Part shown: piece after piece, positions 1 to 11,282 of the stretch
Layout: the number at the start of each line of letters is the position of its first letter
Numbering within the stretch: the first letter of the stretch is position 1
Notes under the pieces: generated by a model
Databases searched by the model: none
What the model was told of the DNA's origin: nothing
The model's input: the letters and a program-made list of their open reading frames with translations, nothing else
Assembly: GCF_008065095.1 (NCBI RefSeq)
Contig: NZ_CP042911.1
Span: 1,770,001-1,802,000, forward strand
Length of the DNA stretch: 32,000 nucleotides
Direction: 5' to 3'
From: Gemmata obscuriglobus
GTDB lineage: Bacteria > Planctomycetota > Planctomycetia > Gemmatales > Gemmataceae
Translations under genes and position numbers: made by a program

Positions 1-13
1 GTGAGCGCCCGCC

Positions 14-1135
14 GTGCGAATCACCATCTTGGGCGGGCCGTTTCAACCGTTCCCACCGGCCCCCGGCGGGGCCGTCGAGCGGGTCTGGCACGGGCTGGCC
101 GAAGAGTTCGCGGCACAGGGCCACACGGTCACGGTCCTCTGCAAAGCGGGCGCCGGGCAGAAGGCCGAGGAGACCGTCAAGGGGGTGCGGTACGTTCGTC
201 GGACCGGGTTCACGGCCGGTCCGCGGCTCCTCCCGAATCTCGTAAAGGATCTGGGCTATTCGCTCCAGATGCAGCGGCTGCTCCCCCCGGCCGACGTCCT
301 CGTCACGCACAGCTTTTGGGGGCCGGTGGTGGCCCACCTCCGGCGCGGGGTCGGGCGGGTCGTCGTCCACGTCGCCCGGATGCCGAAGGGCCAGCTCCGG
401 TTGTACGACCGCGCCGCCCGGTTGAACGTGCCGTCCTCGGCGGTCCGTGACGCGATCGCCGAAGAGCGCCCCAAACTGCTCGCGAAGGTGCGAGTCGTCC
501 CGTACCCGGCCGACGGGCGGTTCACGCCTCCCGCTGAGAAGCGCCCGCGCAAGCCCCAGCCCACGGTGCTGTTCGCCGGGCGCATCCACCCCGAGAAGGG
601 CCTCGACCTGCTGGTCGAGGCGTTCGCGCGGTTGGACCCGGTGCGGTTCCCGGCGCGCCTGCGGATCGTCGGCCCGTGGCTCGTCGCGCAAGGCGGGGCC
701 GGGGGCGAATACCGGTCCGCGCTCGCGGCCAAATCGGCCGGCCGCGCGGTCGAGCTGGTCGAACCGATCTTCGACCGCGTCGGGCTGGCGAACGAGTACC
801 GCGCCGCGGACCTGTTCTGCTACCCGTCGCTGGCCGAAGCCGGGGAGACGTTCGGCGTCGCGCCGCTGGAAGCGATGGCCACCGGGTTGCCCCCGGTCGT
901 CTCCGACCTCGCCTGCTTCCGCGACTTCATCACCGACGGCGCGACCGGGGTCGTGTTCGACCACCGCCGCCCGGACCCGGCGGGGCGGTTGGCCGGGCAA
1001 CTCGGCCGGCTCCTCGGCGCCCCCGCCCTTCGCGAGCAGATCGCCGGCCGCGCGGCGAGCCGGGCCGCGGGGCACACGCTCCCGCGCGTGGCCGCGGCCC
1101 ACCTCCGGGACTTTGAAGAAGTGCTCTCCGAATGA
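14..1135 (+). CDS. Glycosyltransferase, GT4 family (GT-B fold, group 1)
   Basis: 373-aa ORF starting at GTG 14. The N-terminus (MRITILGG...GGAVERV...GHTVTVL) and a C-terminal E-x7-E type motif (EAGETFGVAPLEAMATGLPPVVSD) are typical of GT4 enzymes. GC3 is near saturation. The stop overlaps the next start (ATGA at 1132-1135). Confidence 0.85.
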   Translation: MRITILGGPFQPFPPAPGGAVERVWHGLAEEFAAQGHTVTVLCKAGAGQKAEETVKGVRYVRRTGFTAGPRLLPNLVKDLGYSLQMQRLLPPADVLVTHSFWGPVVAHLRRGVGRVVVHVARMPKGQLRLYDRAARLNVPSSAVRDAIAEERPKLLAKVRVVPYPADGRFTPPAEKRPRKPQPTVLFAGRIHPEKGLDLLVEAFARLDPVRFPARLRIVGPWLVAQGGAGGEYRSALAAKSAGRAVELVEPIFDRVGLANEYRAADLFCYPSLAEAGETFGVAPLEAMATGLPPVVSDLACFRDFITDGATGVVFDHRRPDPAGRLAGQLGRLLGAPALREQIAGRAASRAAGHTLPRVAAAHLRDFEEVLSE

Positions 1136-1700
1136 CGAACTTGTCCCAAACCGAACTGCGGACGATGCCACAAGCCACCGCCTACGCCTCGCCGTGGTCG
1201 CTCGGCGTGCGCGCCCGTCTGGCGCTGTGGGGGCTCGTCTGGCTGACGCTGTTCCGGCCCACCCCCAAGCCGCTTTCGTTTTGGCGCGTGTTCCTGCTGC
1301 GGGCGTTCGGGGCGACGGTGCGCGGGACGCCGTTCGTGTCGCAGTCCGCGGTCGTCAAGATGCCGTGGCTGCTGACGCTCGAAGACCGTGCGTGTCTCGG
1401 CCCGGGGAGCGAGGTTTACAACCTCGACCGGGTCACGCTCGGGGCGCGCTGCACGGTCGCGCAGCACGCGTACTTGTGCGGCGGGACGCACGATTTCACG
1501 CACCCGGACCTGCCCCTGATCGTCGGTACGATCGTCATCGGGGACGACGCCTTCGTCGGCGCGCGGGCGTTCGTGCTTCCGGGGGTGCGGGTGGGCGCGG
1601 GTGCCGTTGTCGGCGCGTGCGCGGTCGTCACGAAGGACGTCGAGCCCGGGACGGTCGTCGCGGGGAACCCGGCCCGGTTCGTCAAGCGCCGGGAACTGAA

Positions 1701-1704
<4 letters not shown>
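1132..1704 (+). CDS. wcaF: WcaF-like polysaccharide O-acetyltransferase (hexapeptide-repeat, left-handed beta-helix)
   Basis: 190-aa ORF, collinear by eye with E. coli WcaF. Shared segments include FWRVFLLRAFGATV, PWLLTLEDRACLG, YNLDRVTLGARCTVAQHAYLCGGTHDF, IVIGDDAFVGARAFVLPGVRVGAGAVVGACAVV and GNPARFV. ATGA start/stop overlaps at both ends (1132 and 1701) suggest translational coupling. Confidence 0.85.
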
Positions 1705-3675
<1,971 letters not shown>

Positions 3676-3801
3676 CCATCGTTGCCGTGTGCCCGAGTTG
3701 GCACCCGCCGCACGAAGCGATGAAATTGACAGAGCATTATCAACGGTTGCCCGTTGGTAACCGTCGTCGCGCCCTCATAATCCTTTCAACAGACCACAAC
3801 C

Positions 3802-5058
3802 ATGTCCGACCGCCCACACGCCGTTCTGCTGTACCACTACTTTCACCCCGATGACGTGATCAGCGCGCGAATGTTCACCGACCTCGCGGACGGCCTCGTC
3901 GCGCGCGGCTGGGACGTGACCGCCATCCCGTGCAACCGCGGGTGCCGCGAAGAGTCCATCGCTCACCCGGCGAACGAGACTCACGACGGCGTGAGCATCC
4001 GTCGCGTGTGGCGGCCGCCGTTCCGGCAGGCGTCCGCGCGGGGCCGGGTGCTGAACGCCGCCTGGATGCTGTGCGCCTGGGCGCGCGCCGCGGTGACGCT
4101 CCCGCGACGGCGGAACGAGGTCATGATCGTCGGAACCGACCCGGTGCTGGGCGTCCTCGCGGCGCTGCCGTGGTGGGCACTCCGCTGGCGCGCCGGGGTC
4201 GTTCACTGGTGCCACGACCTCTACCCCGACGCGGCCGTCGCGGAGGGCATGTTGAAAGCCGGTTCGCTTCCCGTTCGGGTGCTGAACTGGTTGCTCGCGA
4301 AGGCCTACCGGCGCTGCGGCGTGATCGCGGACCTGGGGCCGTGCATGCGCGAGCGGCTCGAGCGGTACGGTTCGCACGCGCGCCCCGTGACGCTCACCCC
4401 GTGGGCGCTCGTGGAGCCGAGCCGGCCGGTCGAGGCGGACCCCGCAACGCGTCGGGAACTGTTCGGGACCGCGGCTCTCGGGTTGCTGTATTCCGGGAGC
4501 TTCGGCCGCGCGCACTCGCACACCGAGTTCCTGAACCTCGCGCGACTGCTGCGCGGCGCGCCGGTGGGCCTGTGCTTCGCGGTCCGCGGGAACCGGGTCA
4601 ACGAGCTCAAAGCCGCCGTGACGCCGGACGACGCGAACGTGTCGTTCGCGGGGTTCGCCCCGGAAGAAGAACTGGAGCGGCGGCTCGGGGCGTGCGACCT
4701 GCACTTGGTGAGCCTGCGGTCCGAGTGGTCCGGCGCCGTCGTCCCGTCGAAGTTTTTTGGCGCGCTGGCGGCCGGTCGCGGGGTGGTCTACGCGGGGCCG
4801 CCGGATTCCGCCATCGGCCGGTGGGTGACCGAGTACCGGGTGGGTTGGGTGCTCACCCCCGAAACGCTCGGGGCCGTTGCGGCCGACCTCCGGGCACTCG
4901 CCGCCGAACCCGGACGACTCGCCGCGCTCCGCACCCGGTGCCACGCGGCCTACCACGAACACTTCTCCAGGGGCCGCCAGCTCGACGAGTGGGACGCGGA
5001 GCTGCGCGCCCTCCTTCCGGTCCCCGCACCGCAGCCGGCTATGGCACGGTCGTCGTGA
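3802..5058 (+). CDS. Glycosyltransferase, WcaI/WbuB-like GT4 family
   Basis: 418 aa. It resembles WcaI-type enzymes in VLLYHYFHPDDVISARMFTDLADGLVARGWDVTAI, LLYSGSFGRAHS and VPSKFFGALAAGRGVVYAG. The 3' end overlaps the convergent exporter gene by 20 nt. Confidence 0.8.
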   Translation: MSDRPHAVLLYHYFHPDDVISARMFTDLADGLVARGWDVTAIPCNRGCREESIAHPANETHDGVSIRRVWRPPFRQASARGRVLNAAWMLCAWARAAVTLPRRRNEVMIVGTDPVLGVLAALPWWALRWRAGVVHWCHDLYPDAAVAEGMLKAGSLPVRVLNWLLAKAYRRCGVIADLGPCMRERLERYGSHARPVTLTPWALVEPSRPVEADPATRRELFGTAALGLLYSGSFGRAHSHTEFLNLARLLRGAPVGLCFAVRGNRVNELKAAVTPDDANVSFAGFAPEEELERRLGACDLHLVSLRSEWSGAVVPSKFFGALAAGRGVVYAGPPDSAIGRWVTEYRVGWVLTPETLGAVAADLRALAAEPGRLAALRTRCHAAYHEHFSRGRQLDEWDAELRALLPVPAPQPAMARSS

Positions 5059-6343
5059 TGACAGAGCTCGCGTCGGACCGGCGCAGGATGTTGAACGCGC
5101 CCGACAGCCGGAACGTCTGGGTGAAGTACCGCGTGAGTGACTCGCCCGGGGCCTCCTGGAGAACCAGGACGTCACCCGATTGGATCAGAATGCGCTCGCG
5201 GGGGTCGCGGAACGCCTTATTCAAATCGACCCGGATGGTGATCTGGCGCCGGTCCGGCAACTGCCGCAAGACCGCGCACAAGCTGGCGCTCGGGTTCCCG
5301 ATCCCGTTGTTCACCGAGGACGCGCTGAACGCCGTCTGGCTGAACGACCCGTTGAGGAGCGGGCCGCGGACGAACGCGATGGCCTGGATCACGTCGAGGT
5401 CGTGATCCCGCGGCAGCGGCACCACAAACGAACCCATGATCCCGGACGTGTAGAAGACATCCGTTTCGCGCGACTCGATCACGACGACGTCGCCTTCGTG
5501 CAGGATCACGTCTTCCGCCCGGATGGTGAGCGGCTGATCGGGGTACACGCGGAGCGGGATGCGGATCGACTGGGCCGCGGGGTCGGCCCCGGCCCCGGCG
5601 CAGAAGTCGCGCCCGCCGCGGATGATGACGATCTCGTTCTTCGCGTCCGAGCCGGGGAGACCGCCGGTCGCGTTCAGTGCCCGGAGGACGTCGTTTTCGC
5701 CCGCCGGTAGGTTCACCGTGAACCCCAGCCCGCGCTTCCCCTCGCCGCCGAGCGCGCCGACGTTGGAGAACGGGTTCGCCAACCCCGGGCCGCCGAGCGG
5801 CCGGCCGGACGTGCCGCTGGCCGAGTCCTGCCGGACCACGAGCACCTGGTACTGCCGGCGCTGGTACATCTGCACCGACACCCGCGCCGCCCCCGGCTTG
5901 ACGATTTCCGGGCCGCCGTTCTTGCCGGTCATCGCGTCGAGCAGCATGCGCTCCACGTCCCGGATCGTCTTCCCGCGAACGTTGAGCGGCTTGAGCAAGG
6001 GGAGGGGCAGGGTCCCGTCGTCGCGAACGGTCACCGGGTAGCCCACGACCGGGGGCCGGCCGCTGGCGTCGGCGGGCCGGACCGGGGGCAGTTGGTCGCC
6101 CGGGGCGAAGATCTCGTTCGCGGTGACCGCCAGCACGTCGCCGGCGTCGAGCGTGTATTCGGCCGGGGCGGCCTGGCGGAGCAGTGTGAGCGGCACCGGG
6201 CGCAGTTCCGACTTCGGCCGCCCGAGCACCTCGGCGGGAAGGCGGTTGACCGGGACACCGTCCGCGACAGGGTTCGTGAGCGAAGCGCAGCCGCCCGACG
6301 CGCCGACCATAAGGAGGAAAAGGAGTGCGCGGGTCGTGGTCAT
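5039..6343 (-). CDS. Polysaccharide export protein, Wza-like outer-membrane lipoprotein (Poly_export + SLBB-like domains)
   Basis: I moved the start to ATG 6343, giving MTTTRALLFLLMVGASGGC, a lipoprotein signal peptide with a lipobox Cys. An N-terminal export-domain-like segment (YTLDAGDVLAV...VGYPVTVRDDGTLPLPLL..LNVRGKTIRDVE) is followed by SLBB-like repeats (HEGDVVVIE, QSGDVLVLQE). The 71 extra upstream codons in the ORF track are Gly/Pro/Arg-rich and run through a terminator-like hairpin. Confidence 0.85.
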   Translation of the reverse strand: MTTTRALLFLLMVGASGGCASLTNPVADGVPVNRLPAEVLGRPKSELRPVPLTLLRQAAPAEYTLDAGDVLAVTANEIFAPGDQLPPVRPADASGRPPVVGYPVTVRDDGTLPLPLLKPLNVRGKTIRDVERMLLDAMTGKNGGPEIVKPGAARVSVQMYQRRQYQVLVVRQDSASGTSGRPLGGPGLANPFSNVGALGGEGKRGLGFTVNLPAGENDVLRALNATGGLPGSDAKNEIVIIRGGRDFCAGAGADPAAQSIRIPLRVYPDQPLTIRAEDVILHEGDVVVIESRETDVFYTSGIMGSFVVPLPRDHDLDVIQAIAFVRGPLLNGSFSQTAFSASSVNNGIGNPSASLCAVLRQLPDRRQITIRVDLNKAFRDPRERILIQSGDVLVLQEAPGESLTRYFTQTFRLSGAFNILRRSDASSVITTTVP

Positions 6344-6390
6344 GGTCGTTGATCCGGTCACGGAAAATGGGCCGTTAATTGCGCGCCACC

Positions 6391-6412
6391 AAAAACCGCC
6401 GCCGGGCGGCGG
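6391..6412 (-). terminator. Intrinsic-terminator-like hairpin between the lipoprotein gene and the Wza-like gene
   Basis: The minus strand reads CCGCCG-CCCGG-CGGCGG followed directly by TTTTT. This is a 6-bp all-GC stem, a 5-nt loop and a U5 tail. It lies 42 nt downstream of the lipoprotein stop and about 50 nt upstream of the Wza-like start. Confidence 0.5.
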
Positions 6413-6453
6413 CGCGCCCAATGGTCCGCCGCCGCCGCCGCCCGGTGCCCTTA

Positions 6454-7305
6454 TCAAAACAGTGCCGGCATTCGCCCATCGTATGGCCCCCACCCGTTTC
6501 CTCCCGCCGGAACCACGGGCCCATACAGAGGCATACCCATGGCAGGAAGCGGCCACGGCGAGAACGTCCCCCTGACAGGAGGTAGTGCCGGCGAGGCGGG
6601 TGGCCGTTGTGGCGCGCTTGGCACCGGGGGCGCGGACATCGGGTCGGACCGCGGAACCACCTCTAGATCCGGGGCCGGTTCTCGAACCGGCCCCGGCTGG
6701 TCACGCCAGCGAACGGGCCGCATCCGGCGGCTGAGGGGCGACGAGGCCGGGCCGGGGGCTGGCGGTTCCGCGGCCGGTGGGTGCCCCGCCGGTGCGGGCG
6801 GTTTCGGCATCGGGGGCGGGGGCGCGGGTGCCGGCACGCAGATGATGTTCAGGGGCTGCTCCGGTTTCGGAGCCGGTAGCACCACCGGCACGACGAAGTT
6901 CTGTCGGCACCCGGTTGCGGCCGCGGCTTCGGCCCCGTGTTGGAACCCGGCCAGGTAATCCCTTTGCACCGCCTGTCCCGCAGGCGTGAAGTCGTTCGCG
7001 TGGCGCCTGTAGCTCGGCGGCGGCGTGCCGGGCGGTGCCGGCGTCCCGCCGTTATCGAGGTGATCGGCGTACCCGTCGATGAAGCCGTCCGCGTAGGCCC
7101 CGGAGTAGGTGCCCGGCGGGTGCCGCGCGCACTCTTCTTGCCACGCGGCACTCGCCGCGGCGTTCATGCGCTGGCGCAACTTGAGTTTGGTCAGCGTCTG
7201 CGACTGTTCGTTCACGAGGTTGTGGGTGGCGTAGGCTGCGATGTTGCACCCCGACGTGAGAGCCGGGGTGCCGGCACACAGGGCCACGACAACTCTCCAA
7301 CCCAT
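6454..7305 (-). CDS. Hypothetical proline-rich lipoprotein
   Basis: The start is taken at ATG 7305, giving MGWRVVVALCAGTPALTSGC (signal peptide plus lipobox). The N-terminal ~130 aa have ordinary composition (YADGFIDGYADHLDNGG, QRDYLAGFQHGAE). The C-terminal half is Pro/Ala-rich low complexity. I recognise no family. Confidence 0.6.
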   Translation of the reverse strand: MGWRVVVALCAGTPALTSGCNIAAYATHNLVNEQSQTLTKLKLRQRMNAAASAAWQEECARHPPGTYSGAYADGFIDGYADHLDNGGTPAPPGTPPPSYRRHANDFTPAGQAVQRDYLAGFQHGAEAAAATGCRQNFVVPVVLPAPKPEQPLNIICVPAPAPPPPMPKPPAPAGHPPAAEPPAPGPASSPLSRRMRPVRWRDQPGPVREPAPDLEVVPRSDPMSAPPVPSAPQRPPASPALPPVRGTFSPWPLPAMGMPLYGPVVPAGGNGWGPYDGRMPALF

Positions 7306-7442
7306 GACGGTCTCCGCAACGAACACCACCACGTTCAGGACGGAATACTAAGGGTGATATCGGATCGTGAGAGTTCCGAGTTGACCGGTTCTGGCGACTC
7401 TACCGAAATTGCCAGGTGTGCGGATTGGTGCCGGTGTGCTGA

Positions 7443-8186
7443 TTGGGCGAGATTCATCAGCTTTGTCCCGCGAACGGCCCATTTTCGGAGGCTCTTCCCG
7501 TGCTACCTTTTATCGGGTTCGTGCTGATGGTCGCGTTCGACCCGGTCGCCGCCGCGGCCCCGACAGCCGTTGACGCGCAGTGGGCGGCGCTCGCGGCGTG
7601 TCCGCGGGTCGGCGGCGGGCCGGTCGGCGGGACTCGCGCAACCGCCGTTTGCATCGGGTGCAAGGACTGCTTCGCGTACCTGCTCACGGCGGCGCACGCG
7701 GTGCCGAAGGGCGAACCCCGCGCATACGAGTTCTTCACACGCGAATCGTATCCGAAGGTCGCGCGCACGCTGACGCACGGCGAAGTCGTCGTGAGGCTCG
7801 CAGACCCCGACCTCGCGCTGGTGAAACTGCCAGTCGGCACGACCCCGGTTCCGGTGGCGCGGCTGGCCGGGCCGGGCGCGCGGCCGAAACGGTTCCCCGC
7901 GGCGGCGGCGGCGGTCGGGTGCCCGCGCGGTGACCCGCCCGCGTGGCGCGCGGAAAAGCTGATCGAGAAGGCGTTCGTCCGGCGCCCGGGCGGCGGGGCC
8001 GCGTTTTTCTGGCGGTCGGAAGGCGTCCCGGTCGGCGGGATGTCGGGCGGTCCGCTACTCGACGCCGAGGGCCGGGTGATCGGCATCTGCGCCGCGGCCC
8101 AAGGCGGTCGGGGCTACTTTGCGCACCTTGATGAGATCCACTACGCACTGAAACAGAACGGCTACGACTGGCTGTTCGCACCCTGA
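7443..8186 (+). CDS. Trypsin-like (chymotrypsin-fold) serine protease, secreted
   Basis: The catalytic-triad contexts are visible: His in YLLTAAHAV, Asp in DPDLALVKL, Ser in GGMSGGPLLD. The start is uncertain. The track start 7443 is TTG, and GTG 7500 or ATG 7527 would give a cleaner hydrophobic N-terminus (VLPFIGFVLMVAFDPVAAAAP). The stop overlaps the next ATG (TGATG at 8184-8188). Confidence 0.75.
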   Translation: MGEIHQLCPANGPFSEALPVLPFIGFVLMVAFDPVAAAAPTAVDAQWAALAACPRVGGGPVGGTRATAVCIGCKDCFAYLLTAAHAVPKGEPRAYEFFTRESYPKVARTLTHGEVVVRLADPDLALVKLPVGTTPVPVARLAGPGARPKRFPAAAAAVGCPRGDPPAWRAEKLIEKAFVRRPGGGAAFFWRSEGVPVGGMSGGPLLDAEGRVIGICAAAQGGRGYFAHLDEIHYALKQNGYDWLFAP

Positions 8187-8575
8187 TGGCTCCGTTGAAC
8201 GCCCCCAACCGCGAGGGACACATGACCCGGCCATTTTCGTCCGGTGCTTCTTGGGCACGTGTGGCCCAAGCCTGTTCGCTCCTCCTGCCGGTCGCGCTCG
8301 TGCCGGTAGCCGTTGTCCTGATGGGCGCGGCGCTCATGGGAAGCGACGACCTCCCGGCGGAAGCGCGAACGCTGGTCGGGCAACCGTCGCCCGCGGACCG
8401 CGTCGCGCCGGCCCCGGAGGAGCTGTCGTCCGCGGCCGTTCTGCGGGACTGGGAGGAAGTTTCAACCAGCCCCTCAACTCAGGCGCGGGCGCCCGCCCGG
8501 ACCGCAAAGGGCACCGGGCTCACCACTCGCGCTCCGTTGGGGGCGTTGCTGAAATCGCGAAAGTTGCCGAAGTAG
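8186..8575 (+). CDS. Hypothetical small membrane-anchored protein
   Basis: 129-aa ORF whose ATG overlaps the protease stop (TGATG). It has one hydrophobic segment (ACSLLLPVALVPVAVVLMGAALMG) and moderately high GC3. I recognise no family. Confidence 0.5.
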   Translation: MAPLNAPNREGHMTRPFSSGASWARVAQACSLLLPVALVPVAVVLMGAALMGSDDLPAEARTLVGQPSPADRVAPAPEELSSAAVLRDWEEVSTSPSTQARAPARTAKGTGLTTRAPLGALLKSRKLPK

Positions 8576-8608
8576 CGGCCCGCCCGTGCTGCCCGAAAGG
8601 GGTCCGCT

Positions 8609-11128
8609 ATGCCCACACCTTCGCCGCGTTCGTCGTCGGCCTCGGAGCACCGAGCGCCCGCCGCCTCGCCGGTTCCGCGGTCACTGCGCGGCGCCGGCGA
8701 GGCGGTTCTGTTCGTGCTCGTGGTGCTGGCCCCGTGGCCGTTCGCGTCCAACGACCCGCCGTTCGAGTCGGCCCTTGCCGCAGGGGCGCTGCTCCTCGTG
8801 GCGCTCTGGTCGACACACGCAGTCGCGGCCGGACGGCTCGCGATCCGTCCTGATATCGTGACTGTGAGCCTCAGCGGGATCGCACTTTGGTCGGCGGTTC
8901 AACTGGTCCCGCTACCCGAATCCGTCGTGGGCGTGCTATCGCCGACGCGGCTCGAGTGGCACCGAACGTTCGTCCCTGACACATCGGAATTGCTTTCGGG
9001 TGAAGCTGGCGTGACGCGGCCGACGGCGCTCGCGCTGAGCGTCGACCCGGCGGCGACGCGCACCTTCTTGGCCCGCGTACTGGCGATTCTGTTGGTCTAC
9101 GCGGCGGCCCGGAACTGGCTCGCGACGCCCGCCGGCTTCCGCCGGTTGGCCTGGGCGCTAACCGCGAACGGGGTTGCGCTCGCGGTGCTCGCACTCGGGC
9201 AGTTCTTCTCCTCCGCACCGAACGTGCTGTTTTGGTCGGTGCGGTGCGAAGGAGCCGTGTTCGGCCCGTTCGTCTGCCGGAACCATTACCCGGATTACGC
9301 GGCGGTGTGTCTGGGTTTGGCGGTGGGCTTGATGTTGCACCGCGAGCGAGGTCGAACGCGTGGGGAGGCGCCGGCCGGGCTGTTGACGCCGCGCAACGTG
9401 GGGCTGGCGGCGGCCGTCGGGCTGATGGCCGCGAGCATCGCGTTCAGCCTCTCACGGGGCGGGATCCTTGCGGTGGTCGCGGCGGGAGCCGGTGCGTTAC
9501 TGTTGAGCCGACCGTGGCGCGGGTGGCCCGGGCGCTGGAGCAACCCGGCGGCGCTCGCGGGTGCGGTTCTCGTCGCGGGCGGTGTCTTCGCGTGGTTCGG
9601 GACGGTGAGCATCGAGCGGCGCCTGGCCACCTTCGGGTCCGTGGAAACGGCGGACAGTCGGACCGATCTGTGGCGCGACACGGTTGATCTGGTTCCGCGG
9701 TTTTGGACGAGCGGAACGGGCGGCGGTACGTTCCTGTGGGCCGAACCGCTCGTGCGAACCGGTCGGCCGACGGCGGTCGTCGAAAGCGCCCACAACGAGT
9801 ACCTGGAAGCGGCCGTCGAGGGGGGCGTGGTCCGCTTCGGGTTGACACTCCTCCTCGCGGCTGGCGTCGCGGTGGCGGTGGCGCGCGGGTTCGCCCGGAA
9901 GCGCGAACGGTCGGCCGGTCCGTTGATCCTCGGAGCCTGGTTCGGGCTGGCCGCGGTCGCACTTCACGCCGTCGCGGAGTTCGCGGTTCACATGCCCGCG
10001 GTGGCGCTTCTCGCGGCCACCGTTGCGGGGTTCGCGATGGCGGCCGCCGACCCCGATTTCGAGCGGCCGCCTCACGTCGCTCGCGAGCGCGGGTGGTGGA
10101 CCGTCGGTGCCGGTTTGGCCGTCGCGGGGTTGGCCCTCTTTGTCGCGCTCGACGCGCGCGCCCGCGAGCGGGTTCACCGGCTGAAGCGCGCGGCCGACGT
10201 GACCTACCGCGACACCGATTCGCCCGACCGGCTCGCGCGCCGGGCGCGGCATCTGGACGCGCGCGTGGCCCTTCGCCCCGACGACCCGGCCGTGCTGTTC
10301 GACGCCGCACAGGGGCAAATTGACGCGGCCGTTGAAGCCACACTCGCGGGCGCGCCGCCCGGAACCGAACCACCCGACCGATTCCCTGCGGAGGTCGTCT
10401 CGCGTCACATCGTTCCGGCCCTCCGCTTCCTTCGAGCCGCCCGCGCGGTCAACCCGATTGCCCCGAAGCCGCACACGCGATTGGCGCTCCTGGCGGAACA
10501 CTTCGAGCGGTCCGAACCCGCTTCCGTTCACTTCGACCGGGCGAAGCGACTGCTCCCGAATGACGCGGATTTGTGGTTCACGAGCGGGAGGGCCGCGCTG
10601 CGGCGGGGCGATCGGACTTCGGCCTGGGTAGATTGGCAGAAGTCGCTCGCCCTGTCGCCGCGGCACCTCGGTACGATCCTCCTGGCGGCCCAAGAGGTGC
10701 TCTCGGTCGGCGAGCTGCGCGAACACGTGCTCCCGGACGAGCCCGTGATTCTGTTGGCCGCGGCCGACCTGTTATTCCCGGACTACACGGCCCGCGCCGA
10801 GCGCCAGCCGTTCCTCGAAGCGGTCGCGGCTTGTGGTGATCGGTCCGGCGCGACCGGCGCTCAGTTCGGTGCGGTCGCGCGGGCTCACGAAGAACTCGAC
10901 CACGCCGAGGACGCGCTTCGGGCGTGGCAACGGGCGGTCGCCGCCGCGCCCGATGAGTTCGGCATTCGGGACGGGTACAGCCGCTGGCTCGAACAACAGG
11001 AGCGATACGAGGACGCCGTCCCACAGCTCGAATGGCTTCTGAACCGGACGCAAAGCGGGGCAATTCAGGACCGACTGGATGCGGCGCGGCACGGGCTGGA
11101 ATTGAAGCGCGTGATCGAAGCGAACTGA
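8609..11128 (+). CDS. O-antigen ligase / Wzy_C-family membrane protein fused to a C-terminal TPR-like domain
   Basis: 839 aa. The N-terminal ~470 aa are polytopic and carry the Wzy_C-type loop (SLSRGGILAVVAAG ... VESAHNEYLEAAVEGGVV). The C-terminal ~330 aa consist of helical TPR-like repeats (ADLWFTSGRAALRRGDRTSAWVDWQKSLALSPRH, EDALRAWQRAVAAAPDE, YEDAVPQLEWLL). A purine-rich GAAAGGGG lies upstream of the ATG. Confidence 0.85.
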   Translation: MPTPSPRSSSASEHRAPAASPVPRSLRGAGEAVLFVLVVLAPWPFASNDPPFESALAAGALLLVALWSTHAVAAGRLAIRPDIVTVSLSGIALWSAVQLVPLPESVVGVLSPTRLEWHRTFVPDTSELLSGEAGVTRPTALALSVDPAATRTFLARVLAILLVYAAARNWLATPAGFRRLAWALTANGVALAVLALGQFFSSAPNVLFWSVRCEGAVFGPFVCRNHYPDYAAVCLGLAVGLMLHRERGRTRGEAPAGLLTPRNVGLAAAVGLMAASIAFSLSRGGILAVVAAGAGALLLSRPWRGWPGRWSNPAALAGAVLVAGGVFAWFGTVSIERRLATFGSVETADSRTDLWRDTVDLVPRFWTSGTGGGTFLWAEPLVRTGRPTAVVESAHNEYLEAAVEGGVVRFGLTLLLAAGVAVAVARGFARKRERSAGPLILGAWFGLAAVALHAVAEFAVHMPAVALLAATVAGFAMAAADPDFERPPHVARERGWWTVGAGLAVAGLALFVALDARARERVHRLKRAADVTYRDTDSPDRLARRARHLDARVALRPDDPAVLFDAAQGQIDAAVEATLAGAPPGTEPPDRFPAEVVSRHIVPALRFLRAARAVNPIAPKPHTRLALLAEHFERSEPASVHFDRAKRLLPNDADLWFTSGRAALRRGDRTSAWVDWQKSLALSPRHLGTILLAAQEVLSVGELREHVLPDEPVILLAAADLLFPDYTARAERQPFLEAVAACGDRSGATGAQFGAVARAHEELDHAEDALRAWQRAVAAAPDEFGIRDGYSRWLEQQERYEDAVPQLEWLLNRTQSGAIQDRLDAARHGLELKRVIEAN

Positions 11129-11282
11129 CACCCGAGGTGCTCGCGCCAGCTTCGATCGCAGGTACTTCCGGCCAGCAGCCACGATGTCGAGAATTGGTTG
11201 CGCAGAATCGCGGATCAATCGCTTTCAGTCTGTCGTCACCTGGGGTACGATCGTGCGCTAAGCTGACCGCCCGGAACCCGCC

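Noticed and set aside
447-1700. N-terminal 418 codons of the 711-aa ORF 447..2582.
   Set aside because: This stretch is an out-of-frame overlap of the GT4 and WcaF-like genes with Arg/Ser/Pro-rich composition. The GT2 signature begins exactly at ATG 1701, which overlaps the previous stop.
3775-5405. ORFs 3775..5175 (-, 466 aa) and 3930..5405 (+, 491 aa).
   Set aside because: These are alternative or antisense frames of the WcaI-like gene and the exporter 3' end, with Arg/Pro/Gly-dominated translations.
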